From: Nitrobacter sp.
GTDB lineage: Bacteria; Pseudomonadota; Alphaproteobacteria; Rhizobiales; Xanthobacteraceae
Reading direction: 5' to 3'
Length of the DNA: 64,000 nucleotides
NCBI RefSeq assembly: GCF_051535215.1
Contig: NZ_JBPPLY010000009.1
Coordinates: forward strand, 67,417 to 131,416
The translations under genes were made by a program, and so were the position numbers. This document shows positions 20,636 through 29,478 of the stretch, piece after piece; position 1 is the stretch's first letter; each line of letters begins with the position of its first letter. The notes beneath the pieces are model-generated. The model was not told where the DNA came from. It saw only the letters and a list, made by a program, of their open reading frames with translations, and did no database searches.

Positions 20636-21316
20636 TCATCCTGCATCTCGTTCGAACACGAGGATCAGATTGTTGGCGGGCATCTCGACGACGTCCAATA
20701 GTTTCAGGCCGTTGCGCTGCGCCAGCGCCGTTACCTCGTCGACATCGCGCACGCCCCATTCGGGATCGGTGTCGCGCAGGCTGATATCGAAGGCCGCGTT
20801 GCTCGGCGCGGTGTGCCGGCCGCCGCGCTTGAACGGCCCGTAGAGAAACAGCCGTCCGTCCGGGCGCAGATAGCGCGCCGCGCCTGTGATCAGACCCTCG
20901 GCGACGCGCCACGGCGCGATATGGATCACATTGGCGCAGAGCACTGCGAGCAGGGCGCCGGGTCCGGGGCCGTCGCCCGCCTCAGTGGACCACTCCGGAC
21001 TCGACAGGTCGATCCGCAGCGGTGGGCGGACATTGGCGAGTTGTTCATGAGCGATCCACGCCGCGATGCTGCGAAGATGGTTGTCGTTGAGATCGCTCGG
21101 CCACCAGGTGATGCCGGGCGTTTGCCGCGCGAAGAAAACCACATGCTGGCCAGTGCCGCTGCCGGCCTCGACCACGTCTCCAGTTTTGCCGCGCAGAAAT
21201 TTTTCCAGCACCGCCCAGATCGCTTCATGGTTGCGATGAAACGCTGCGGCGTCGAGACGGTCGTCGGAGTTCGCCTGCCGGCCACGCTTGCCGAATTCGA
21301 CGGTGTAGTCGGGCAT
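20636..21316 (-). CDS. DUF938-type SAM-dependent methyltransferase
   Basis: 'VVEAGSGTGQH', 'WWPSD', 'ANVIHIAPW', 'YGPF...SNAAFD..L....PEWGVRD', 'MPANN'. Confidence 0.85.
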   Translation of the reverse strand: MPDYTVEFGKRGRQANSDDRLDAAAFHRNHEAIWAVLEKFLRGKTGDVVEAGSGTGQHVVFFARQTPGITWWPSDLNDNHLRSIAAWIAHEQLANVRPPLRIDLSSPEWSTEAGDGPGPGALLAVLCANVIHIAPWRVAEGLITGAARYLRPDGRLFLYGPFKRGGRHTAPSNAAFDISLRDTDPEWGVRDVDEVTALAQRNGLKLLDVVEMPANNLILVFERDAG

Positions 21317-21549
21317 AGGCCGGCCTCCTTCATTCAAGGGGTGGCTGACGATGCGACAGGCGCTGCCGGATGGCAATGCCCCCGCGGCGATAGCTTCACC
21401 TGGACCGAACCGGGGTCTAGCATGGCGGGCGAAGCTATCCATGAGCCTTGTACAAAGGCCGAGGATATGAAAATGAGTGCATGGCAGCTCCGCGCGAGAC
21501 GCGGCGGCCGGATAACGAAGCCATCAACAGAGCATCGCAGGAACCGCCT

Positions 21550-21924
21550 TTGACGAAAATTCCTTTGACGCAGTCCATCGCCTTGTCGGCGCTGGCGGCC
21601 TCGCTGCTGCTCGCCGCTGTCACCGTCGCGTCTTTTCCCGCGGGTGCGCAGACTGCCGCCGCCGAAGGGCAAAAGCTCGCCTTCGATCGCAACAAGGGCA
21701 ACTGCCTGACCTGTCATGAGATCAAGGGCGGCAGCCAAGCCGGCAACATCGGGCCGGCTCTTGCCGACATGAAGAGCAAATATCCGAACCGCACCGACCT
21801 CGTCGCGATCGTTTCCGACGAGACCAAGCGAAATCCGCTCACGGTGATGCCGCCGTTCGGCCGGAACCACATCCTGACCGACAAGGAAATCGACGCGGTC
21901 GTCGACTTCCTGCAAACGCTGTGA
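21550..21924 (+). CDS. soxX: SoxX monoheme cytochrome c
   Basis: Signal peptide, 'KGNCLTCH', 'GNIGPAL', 'TVMPPFG'; first gene of the sox run. TTG start inferred. Confidence 0.9.
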   Translation: MTKIPLTQSIALSALAASLLLAAVTVASFPAGAQTAAAEGQKLAFDRNKGNCLTCHEIKGGSQAGNIGPALADMKSKYPNRTDLVAIVSDETKRNPLTVMPPFGRNHILTDKEIDAVVDFLQTL

Positions 21925-21949
21925 CAGCCGCGCGCAAAGGAGACCACAC

Positions 21950-22447
21950 ATGATCTATTCATCGCCCGGCAGCGTTGATGAGACGCGGCGGTTGATCCTG
22001 AAAGGTGCAGCGGTCGTTGCGCTGGCAGGCGTCGCCGGCATTCGCTTCGGATTTGCGCCCGCGCTCGCCGCCGCCAACGACGCCTATCCGGACGCCGCCT
22101 TCAAGGTCAAGGGAGCCGACGGCGCGATCCAGGCGCTCTACGGCAAGACCGCGGAGAAGTCCGACAAGGTCAAGATGGACGCGCCAGAGATCGCCGAGAA
22201 CGGCGCGGTCGTTCCGGTTTCCGTCATCACGAGCCTGCCCGACGTGACGTCGATCTCAATTTTCGTTGCGGAAAATCCGAACGCGCTGGCGGCGTCATAT
22301 CGCATTCCGGCCGGGACCATGCCGAGCGTCGCCAACCGCCTGAAGATGGCGAAGACCAGCAACGTCATCGCGGTCGTGGAAGCCGGCGGCAAGCTCTATA
22401 GCGCCAGCAAGGAAATCAAGGTCACCATCGGCGGCTGCGGCGGCTAG
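21950..22447 (+). CDS. soxY: Sulfur carrier SoxY
   Basis: Tat-like 'TRRLILKG', 'APEIAENGAVVPV', C-terminal swinging arm 'VTIGGCGG'. Confidence 0.97.
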   Translation: MIYSSPGSVDETRRLILKGAAVVALAGVAGIRFGFAPALAAANDAYPDAAFKVKGADGAIQALYGKTAEKSDKVKMDAPEIAENGAVVPVSVITSLPDVTSISIFVAENPNALAASYRIPAGTMPSVANRLKMAKTSNVIAVVEAGGKLYSASKEIKVTIGGCGG

Positions 22448-22546
22448 AGCACGATCCCGAAAGGCGGGAATCGGTTTTCGGATAAGATCAGGCTCAATCA
22501 AAGGATAAGGCTGGGGTCTGATTCAACGAAACTGGATCAGACTCCA
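22444..22546 (+). repeat. RIME-like element, family 2, between soxY and soxZ
   Basis: CTAGAGCACGATCCCGAAAGGCGGGAATCGGTTTTCGGATAAGATCAGGCTC plus a downstream hairpin; homologue at 44606. Its CTAG end supplies the soxY TAG stop. Confidence 0.75.
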
Positions 22547-22576
22547 ATGGAAGCGAAACGTTAAGGGAAGACAGTC

Positions 22577-22888
22577 ATGGCATCGACAATCCGCATTCGC
22601 GCAACGTCGAGCGGCGACACGACCGAGGTTCAGGCGCTGATCCAGCATCCGATGGATTCGGGCTTCGTCAAGAATTCCGCCGGCGAATTGATCCCGCCGC
22701 ACTTCATTCAGCAACTGACCTTCGAACACGGCGGAAAGCCGGTCTTCATCGCCGACTGGGGACCTGCCGTTTCCAAGGATCCCTACGTGAAGTTCAGCTT
22801 CAAGGGCGGCAAGAAAGGCGACGACCTCAAGATCAGCTGGGTCGACAACAAGGGAGCTTCCGACTCCTCCACGGCTAAGATTCAGTAA
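22577..22888 (+). CDS. soxZ: SoxZ
   Basis: 'ALIQHPMDSG', 'IPPHFIQ', 'AVSKDPYVKF', 'WVDNKG'. Confidence 0.96.
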   Translation: MASTIRIRATSSGDTTEVQALIQHPMDSGFVKNSAGELIPPHFIQQLTFEHGGKPVFIADWGPAVSKDPYVKFSFKGGKKGDDLKISWVDNKGASDSSTAKIQ

Positions 22889-22917
22889 TGGCGGCGCGCG
22901 GCAGGCGGAGAACAGAC

Positions 22918-23778
22918 ATGCGATTGACCTTCCGCTCGGCGGCAACCGGACTGGCGCTCGCGGCACTGACATTTGCCGCGGTGCAGACATCTCACGCCAC
23001 TGAGAAGACCAATCCGCCGGCCGACCTCAAGGCGTTTCAGAAATACTTCACCGACAAATTCCCCAAGCTGAAGCTGAAGGATTTCGTCAACGGACCGTAT
23101 TCGATGGACGCTGGCTTGTACAAGCAGTGGAAGGAGAAGGAGGAGTTTCCTCCTTACGAATTCGCGCTCGCCGCCGGCAAGGAGATGTTCGAGAAGCCGT
23201 TCAAGAACGGCAAGACCTTCGCGGACTGTTTCCCTCATAAAGGCATCGGCATCCGGCAAAACTATCCTTATTTCGACGAGAAGCAGGGCAAGGTCGTCAC
23301 GCTCGAACTCGCCGTCAATCAATGCCTGGAAAGCAATGGCGAAAAGCCCTTGTCCTATACCAAGGATGAGATGGCGTCGGTGACGGCCTATATGGCGTTC
23401 ACCTCGCGCGGTAAGCCGTTCAACATCAAGATTCCGAAAGACCCGCGGGCGTTCGCCGCCTATGAAAACGGCAAGCGCTATTTCTATACGCGGCGCGGCC
23501 AGCTCAATTTCTCCTGCGCCACCTGCCACGTGCAGACGCCGGGCGACCACATCCGGGCCGAGGTCCTCGCGCCTGCGCTCGGCATTCTCAATGCGATGCC
23601 GATCTACCGCTCGGCATGGGGCGGCATGGGCACGACCAGCCGCCGTTTCACCACCTGCAACAGCCAGGTACGCGCGGTGCCGCTGACTCCGCAGGACGAC
23701 GAATACCGCGATCTCGAATATTACCTGTCTTACGTCAGCAACGGGCTGCCGATTTCGGGGCCGGGAGCACGGCCATGA
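22918..23778 (+). CDS. soxA: SoxA, monoheme type
   Basis: Single CxxCH ('CATCH'), active-site 'RFTTCNSQVRA', 'YFYTRRGQLNFSC'; lone N-terminal Cys residues ('FADCF', 'VNQCL') where diheme SoxA has heme 1. Confidence 0.93.
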   Translation: MRLTFRSAATGLALAALTFAAVQTSHATEKTNPPADLKAFQKYFTDKFPKLKLKDFVNGPYSMDAGLYKQWKEKEEFPPYEFALAAGKEMFEKPFKNGKTFADCFPHKGIGIRQNYPYFDEKQGKVVTLELAVNQCLESNGEKPLSYTKDEMASVTAYMAFTSRGKPFNIKIPKDPRAFAAYENGKRYFYTRRGQLNFSCATCHVQTPGDHIRAEVLAPALGILNAMPIYRSAWGGMGTTSRRFTTCNSQVRAVPLTPQDDEYRDLEYYLSYVSNGLPISGPGARP

Positions 23779-24098
23779 AAAGCATGACGCGTCCTTTCGC
23801 TCTCGTGGCGCTTTCGATGCTCATGGTCGCGAGTGCGACATCGGTCCGCGCCGCGAGCAGCGAAGACGATTACAAGGCGGCCTATGCCACCGCCGAAGCA
23901 GCCAACAACGAGGCCGGCAAGCTGCGCAACCAGTGGACCACGGCAGTCGATGCGCTGAAAGCCGCCAAGGCCGCCGCTGCAGCCGGCGATTTTGATAAAG
24001 CGGTCGCGGAATCGAAGAAGGCCGAAACGCTGTCGAAGGCCGCGATCTTCCAGTCCAACGAGCAGAAGGACGCCTGGAGGAAAATGGAGATCCGCTGA
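23775..24098 (+). CDS. soxK: SoxK-like (SoxAX-binding) small exported helical protein
   Basis: ATGA overlap with soxA, signal peptide, Ala-rich helix with 'NQWTT' and 'GDFDKA..'; sits between soxA and soxB as in soxXYZAKB clusters. Confidence 0.65.
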   Translation: MKSMTRPFALVALSMLMVASATSVRAASSEDDYKAAYATAEAANNEAGKLRNQWTTAVDALKAAKAAAAAGDFDKAVAESKKAETLSKAAIFQSNEQKDAWRKMEIR

Positions 24099-24127
24099 CC
24101 GTGGACTCTCGTTTGCCGACTGCATCT

Positions 24128-24238
24128 GTCATGACCGGGCACGGTCGTTCGAAGAACGGCGTCGCGTCGCTCGTTTACGTCCGGCCATACACGCCTTTCT
24201 CTTCAAGCCAGGACGTGGACCATGATCTCGACGTCCAT
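24128..24238. repeat. CGTC-type REP element between soxK and soxB
   Basis: GTCATGACCGGGCACGGTCGTTCGAAGAACGGCGTCGCG...CCGGCCATACACG; reverse-complement homologue of the 7545-7609 arm. Confidence 0.75.
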
Positions 24239-24318
24239 GTGAAAATGCGCTTCGCGCTTTTGCGCAGACATGACATTCTGTCCAAAATGAACACACGTCA
24301 TATGGTTGAAGGCATCAT

Positions 24319-26061
24319 ATGACTCTTCGCCGCCGGGATCTTCTCAAAGTCGCCGGCGCAACCTGTCTGTCCAGCGCGCTGCCACGCGTGTCTCGTGCGG
24401 CCGACGATCACGCCGTGTACCAGCTCGCAGGCTTCGGGAATGCCCGCATCCTGCACATGACGGACACCCACGCGCAGTTGCTGCCGGTGTACTTTCGCGA
24501 GCCCGGCGTCAACCTAGGCATCGGCGCGATGCGCGGGCAGCCGCCGCATTTGGTCGGCCGCGCCTTCCTCGATCGTTTTGGGATCAGCGCCGGCAGCGCC
24601 GACGCCTATGCCTTCACTTGTCTGGATTTCGAGAAATCGGCCGCGCGCTTCGGCAGGCTCGGCGGCTTTGCTCATCTCAAGACTCTGATCGACCGGCTGC
24701 GTGGCGAGGTCGGTCCGAACAATTCGCTGCTGCTTGACGGCGGCGATCTGTGGCAGGGCTCCGGCCTCGCCAACGTCATGCACGGCACCGACATGGTGGA
24801 CGCCGCCAACCTGCTCGGCATCGACGCGATGACCGGGCACTGGGAATTCACCTACGGCGAGAAAACGCTGCGCGACAATCTCGCCCGCTTCAAGGGCGAA
24901 TTCCTGGCGCAAAATGTTTTCCTCACCGAGGAGGCCGCGTTCAACGACGCGCCGGCCTTCGATGCCACCTCGGGGCGCGTGTTCAAGCCGGCGACGATCA
25001 GGGAGATCGGCGGCCACCGCATAGCGGTGATCGGCCAGGCCTTCCCCTATGTGCCGGTCGCCCATCCGAGGCGGTTCACGCCTGACTGGACCTTCGGCAT
25101 TCGTGAGGAGGAACTGCAGAAACTGGTGCGGTCGCTGCGCGACGCCGACAGGGTCGATGCGGTCGTCCTGCTGTCGCACAACGGCATGGACGTCGATCTC
25201 AAGCTCGCAAGCCGCGTCAGCGGCATCGACGTCATCCTCGGCGGCCATACCCACGATGCCGTGCCGCAGCCCGTTCCTGTCGGCAATGCCGGCGGCACGA
25301 CGCTTGTCACCAATGCCGGCTCGAACGGAAAATTCCTCGGCGTGCTCGACCTCGATCTTGCCAAGGGCAAGGTCCGCGACATACGCTATCGACTGTTGCC
25401 GGTGTTCTCCGAACTGCTCAGGGCCGATCCTGCGATGGAAGCTCTGATCGAGAAGGTACGCGCGCCTCATGCTGCGGCCTATGCCGAGAAGATCGCGACC
25501 ACGGATCGCCTGCTTTATCGCCGCGGCAATTTCAACGGCACCATGGACAGCTTGATCTGCGACGCGCTGTGTGCGGCGTTCGATGCCGAGATCGCATTGT
25601 CGCCGGGCTTCCGCTGGGGCACCAGCGTGCTGCCTGGACAAAGCGTGACGATGGACGACGTGCTCGCGGAAACCGCCTGCACCTATCCCGAGACCTACGT
25701 GCAGACCATGACCGGCCGCCAGATCAAGGATATTCTGGAAGACGTCTGCGACAATCTCTTCAATCCGGATCCCTATTACCAGCAGGGCGGCGACATGGTT
25801 CGCGTCGGCGGCCTCTCCTATGCCTGCGCGCCCGCGGAGAGCGCCGGTCATCGCATCTCCGACCTGAAACGGTGGGATGGGCGCTCGCTCGAGGCCGGCA
25901 AGACATATAAGGTCGCCGGCTGGGCCTCGGTCAACAAGCAGGACGGCGCGCCGGTCTGGGACGTTTTCGCCAAGCATCTGCGTAACGGCATGACAAGCGG
26001 CGTCCGCCGCGATAGCGTGACGCTGAAAGGCGTCGACGGCAATCCAGGCTGGGCAGGATGA
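24319..26061 (+). CDS. soxB: Thiosulfohydrolase SoxB
   Basis: Tat signal 'RRRDLLK', 'HMTDTHAQL', 'GGFAHLKTL', 'DGGDLWQG', 'GHWEF', 'GGHTHD', 'PYYQQGGDMVR'. Confidence 0.95.
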   Translation: MTLRRRDLLKVAGATCLSSALPRVSRAADDHAVYQLAGFGNARILHMTDTHAQLLPVYFREPGVNLGIGAMRGQPPHLVGRAFLDRFGISAGSADAYAFTCLDFEKSAARFGRLGGFAHLKTLIDRLRGEVGPNNSLLLDGGDLWQGSGLANVMHGTDMVDAANLLGIDAMTGHWEFTYGEKTLRDNLARFKGEFLAQNVFLTEEAAFNDAPAFDATSGRVFKPATIREIGGHRIAVIGQAFPYVPVAHPRRFTPDWTFGIREEELQKLVRSLRDADRVDAVVLLSHNGMDVDLKLASRVSGIDVILGGHTHDAVPQPVPVGNAGGTTLVTNAGSNGKFLGVLDLDLAKGKVRDIRYRLLPVFSELLRADPAMEALIEKVRAPHAAAYAEKIATTDRLLYRRGNFNGTMDSLICDALCAAFDAEIALSPGFRWGTSVLPGQSVTMDDVLAETACTYPETYVQTMTGRQIKDILEDVCDNLFNPDPYYQQGGDMVRVGGLSYACAPAESAGHRISDLKRWDGRSLEAGKTYKVAGWASVNKQDGAPVWDVFAKHLRNGMTSGVRRDSVTLKGVDGNPGWAG

Positions 26062-26522
26062 CCGACATGCTGACACGAAGAGGTGCGGTTGCAGCCGCAG
26101 CGGTCACGCTGGCGCTGGCGCCGCTCACGCTTCGGGCTCAGCCCGCTCCGCTACCCGACAAACCCTTCGCCGAGCATCGCATCGTCCTGCAATTGTCCGA
26201 TGGCGATGCGAAGAAGCAGAGCCTCGTGCTCAGCGTCGCCAACAACCTGATCAAGGCCTACGATCCCGACAGGATCGCTATCGAAGTGGTCGCGTTCGGT
26301 CCGGGTATCGATCTGCTGCGGACGGAAAACGCCAGCCGGCCCCGCGTCGAGAGCCTGATCGCCCAGGGCGTCAGGTTCGACGTCTGCGTGAATACGCTCG
26401 ACACCATCGAACGCGAGACCGGCAAACGGCCGGCCATCATCCAGTCCGCAACGCCGGTTCAGGTCGGCGTCGGACACATCCTGTCGCTTACGGAAAACGG
26501 TTATACGCTGGTCAGACCATAG
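26058..26522 (+). CDS. Exported DsrE/DsrF-like protein (Tat-like signal)
   Basis: 'LTRRGAVAAAA' signal; 'IEVVAFGPGIDLL', 'FDVCVNTL', 'NGYTLVRP'. Confidence 0.8.
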   Translation: MTDMLTRRGAVAAAAVTLALAPLTLRAQPAPLPDKPFAEHRIVLQLSDGDAKKQSLVLSVANNLIKAYDPDRIAIEVVAFGPGIDLLRTENASRPRVESLIAQGVRFDVCVNTLDTIERETGKRPAIIQSATPVQVGVGHILSLTENGYTLVRP

Positions 26523-26531
26523 GGAGTTGTC

Positions 26532-26984
26532 ATGCGCCGATTTCTTTGCCTTTTCGTCGCCGCCGCTGGCCTGTTGCTCGCGCTCATCGGACGCGGTGTC
26601 GCCGATGAAGCGAAGCACCACCTCGTGATCCAGGTCGACACCAACGATCGACATACCATGGACTTCGCGTTGACCAATGCCACCGACGTGATCCGCTACT
26701 ATCAGGGCGTGAACGAGGCGGCAGTTGTCGAGATCATGGCATGCGGACCGGGCCTGCACATGCTGCGCGAAGATACCTCGCCGGTGAAGGAGCGCATCAA
26801 ACACCTCACCAAGATTCCGCCCCCCAGCAAGATCCAGTTCTCGGCGTGCAACAACACCAAGGAGGCCATGGAGAAGAAGGAAGGCCGTCCGCTTGAGTTG
26901 CTGCCGGGAACGACGGTCGTGCCCCTGGGCATGGTGCGGCTGATGGAACTGCAGGAGCAGGGCTGGAGCTATGTGCGGCCGTAA
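26532..26984 (+). CDS. Exported DsrE/DsrF-like protein (Sec signal)
   Basis: 'HHLVIQVD', 'VEIMACGPGLHML', 'FSACNNT', 'ELQEQGWSYVRP'. Confidence 0.82.
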   Translation: MRRFLCLFVAAAGLLLALIGRGVADEAKHHLVIQVDTNDRHTMDFALTNATDVIRYYQGVNEAAVVEIMACGPGLHMLREDTSPVKERIKHLTKIPPPSKIQFSACNNTKEAMEKKEGRPLELLPGTTVVPLGMVRLMELQEQGWSYVRP

Positions 26985-27138
26985 GGAGCAAGCTCCTTGG
27001 CGTACATATTCTGATGTCGTCTCCGCGAACGCGGGAAAACCCATATGTCGAGGAGACTCCTTTGGCATCCCGGCTGAGTCATTCATCCTCAAAATCTTTG
27101 GGAAGCATGGGTCCCTGCGTGCGCAGGGACGACTTGAC

Positions 27139-27639
27139 ATGAGAGCCACCGCTACCGGGGTGATCGCGCTCGCCATGCTCCTTCCTGTTTCGGCCCATGC
27201 CGGCGACGACGCGCTTGTCACCTACAAGTCGCTGACGCCGGACGTCGCGCTGGAGGCCGCGCAGAGCGCCATGAAGAAGTGCCGCGACGACGGATATCAG
27301 GTTGCCGTGGCCGTGGTCGATCGCTTCGGCCAGCCTCAGGTGCTGCTGCGCGACCGTTATGCAGGCCTGCCCGCGGCCGACATCGCCACCGCCAAGGCCT
27401 ATACGGCGCTGAGTTTTCGCCGCGACACGTCTGAACTGGCCAAGATGGTGCGCGATGGCCAAATGGATGCCAATCTGGCGCGATTGCCGCATATTGCGAT
27501 GCTCGCGGGTGGGCTGGTGATTGAGACCGGCGGAACTCTTGTGGGCGGCATCGGCATCTCGGGCGCGCCCGGCGGCGACAAGGACGAGGCCTGCGCGCGA
27601 GCCGGGCTCGACGCCATCCGAGACAAGCTGGATTTCTGA
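27139..27639 (+). CDS. GlcG/HbpS-family heme-binding protein, exported
   Basis: Signal peptide, 'VAVAVVDRFG', 'ATAKAYTA', 'GGIGISGAPGGDKDEACARAG'. Confidence 0.85.
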   Translation: MRATATGVIALAMLLPVSAHAGDDALVTYKSLTPDVALEAAQSAMKKCRDDGYQVAVAVVDRFGQPQVLLRDRYAGLPAADIATAKAYTALSFRRDTSELAKMVRDGQMDANLARLPHIAMLAGGLVIETGGTLVGGIGISGAPGGDKDEACARAGLDAIRDKLDF

Positions 27640-27729
27640 GCCGGTTGTAATCGCGCGCCGGCAGCATAAATTTGCTACGATACCATCCAGGCAAGAAAAA
27701 ATTGCACCGGCATTCAGGGTCGTACGATC

Positions 27730-28770
27730 ATGATTTTCCGTCAGCTCTTCGACAGTGTTTCCGGAACCTACAGCTATCTGATGGCAAGCCGCGCCGGCGG
27801 CGAGGCGCTGATCATTGATCCGGTGCTGGAGAAGGTCGACCGTTACTGCCAGTTGCTGCGCGAACTGGACCTCAAGCTTGTAAAGGCTGTCGATACTCAT
27901 CTTCACGCCGATCACGTCACCGGTCTCGGCGAATTGCGCGACCGCACCCATTGCGTCACCGTGATGGGCGAGCAGACCAAGGCCGACGTGGTCTCGATGC
28001 GCGTCAGCGACGGCGACAAGATCGGAATCGAGGGCATCGGCCTCGACGTGATGTACACGCCGGGGCACACCGACGATTCCTACAGCTACATGATGGGCGA
28101 CCGGGTCTTCACCGGCGACACGCTGCTGATCCGCGGCACCGGCCGCACCGACTTCCAGAACGGCAGCGCGCGTGCGCAGTACGATTCGATCTTCAACCGG
28201 CTTTTGAAACTGCCCGAGGAGACCATGGTGTTTCCTGCGCACGACTACAAGGGAGACACGGTCTCCACCATCGGCGAGGAGAAACGCCACAATCCGCGGC
28301 TTCAAGTGCGCTCCATCGACGAATACGTCGAACTGATGAACAACCTGAAACTGCCGAATCCCAAGCTGATGGACGTGGTGATCCCCGCCAACATGCATGT
28401 CGGCCTCAGGCAGGACGATCTGACGAAACAGGGGCTCGCGCTGACGCCGCGCGAGGCGATTTCCCGGATCGGCCAGCCCGACATCCTGCTGGTCGATCTC
28501 CGCGAGACTCATGAGCGCGCCAAGAGCGGCACGCTGGCCGGCGCGCTGCATGCGCCTTATCCGGATATCGCAGACAGCCTGAAGCCTGGAGGCATGCTGC
28601 GGGAAGTCGCCGCCGCAACCGGGCGCCGCATCGTGTTCTTTTGCGCGTTCGGAGAGCGCTCGGCCATGGCCGTCACTGCGGCCAAGGACGCCGGCCTGAC
28701 CAACGCAGCTCATATCGAGGGCGGGATCGATGCCTGGAAGAAAGCCGGCGGACCGGTGGTCGCAGGCTGA
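27730..28770 (+). CDS. Persulfide dioxygenase (ETHE1/Sdo-type MBL fold) fused to a C-terminal rhodanese
   Basis: 'FRQLFD..SGTYSYL', 'DTHLHADHVTG', 'TPGHT', 'GTGRTDFQ', 'PAHDYKG', 'EEKRHNPRL'; rhodanese loop 'FFCAFGERSA'. Confidence 0.9.
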   Translation: MIFRQLFDSVSGTYSYLMASRAGGEALIIDPVLEKVDRYCQLLRELDLKLVKAVDTHLHADHVTGLGELRDRTHCVTVMGEQTKADVVSMRVSDGDKIGIEGIGLDVMYTPGHTDDSYSYMMGDRVFTGDTLLIRGTGRTDFQNGSARAQYDSIFNRLLKLPEETMVFPAHDYKGDTVSTIGEEKRHNPRLQVRSIDEYVELMNNLKLPNPKLMDVVIPANMHVGLRQDDLTKQGLALTPREAISRIGQPDILLVDLRETHERAKSGTLAGALHAPYPDIADSLKPGGMLREVAAATGRRIVFFCAFGERSAMAVTAAKDAGLTNAAHIEGGIDAWKKAGGPVVAG

Positions 28771-28860
28771 TCGGGCGGACATGCCCGGAGTGCGCCGGTA
28801 ATAGCGATGCAGGTCTCAGGTGCGTTCGGATCAGGGAGGCCTCGCAGGTTCAGAGCCTTT

Positions 28861-28954
28861 CCGCTTCTGATGGAATCAGAAGCGGAGCCCTATGTTTTGA
28901 TTTGGCGCGTTTTCTTTACGCGAACCGGTAGCCACTTCGCTTGAAAACGCTTTA
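28861..28954 (+). repeat. RIME-like element, family 1, with left CTTCTGAT/ATCAGAAG hairpin
   Basis: CCGCTTCTGATGGAATCAGAAGCGG followed by ...TTTTCTTTACGCGAACCGGTAGCCACTTCGCTTGAAAACGCT. Confidence 0.8.
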
Positions 28955-28984
28955 GGCGAGGGGCGCGCTCAGTCGTTTCCGGCA

Positions 28985-29443
28985 TTACTTGGCAACACCG
29001 TTTCGGTTGCCGGATTTCGAGAGGATATCGAGTTCGGCGCGCAGACCGTCCGGGTCTGACAGCTCTCTTTCGATCTCCGCATGAAGATGCCGCCAGATCG
29101 GCACGGCCTCGGCCAGAACTGCCCGACCGGCCGGTGTCAGCCGCAGCAAGCGTGCGCGTGCGTCGGTTGAATCCGCCGCCGTCTTGATGAGGCGGCGGCG
29201 TTCCAGCGGCTTGAGATTGGCGGTCAGCGTGGTCCTGTCCATCGCCAGCAGCGCCGCCACGCTGCTGAGCTTCGGCGGTTCCGGCCGGTTGAGCGACATC
29301 AGCAGTGAGAACTGCCCGCTGGTGATGCCGGCCGGCTTCAACGCAATATCGAAGCGGCGTGCGATCGCCCGCGCTGCTCTCTGCGCATGCAGACAGAGGC
29401 AGCTGTCGCGGACCAGAAGGGTGGTTTCGAAAGGAACTTGCAT
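28985..29443 (-). CDS. MarR-family regulator
   Basis: 'CLCLHAQRAARAIARRFD', 'MDRTTLTANLKPLERR', 'DARARLLRLTPAG'. Confidence 0.92.
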   Translation of the reverse strand: MQVPFETTLLVRDSCLCLHAQRAARAIARRFDIALKPAGITSGQFSLLMSLNRPEPPKLSSVAALLAMDRTTLTANLKPLERRRLIKTAADSTDARARLLRLTPAGRAVLAEAVPIWRHLHAEIERELSDPDGLRAELDILSKSGNRNGVAK

Positions 29444-29478
29444 CGGTCAGGTTGACATTCATTCTCTGGCCACATTAC

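Noticed and set aside
27650-27710. Sigma54 -24/-12 promoter for the dioxygenase gene
   Set aside because: GG-to-GC spacing is 12 nt in both candidates; sigma54 needs 10.
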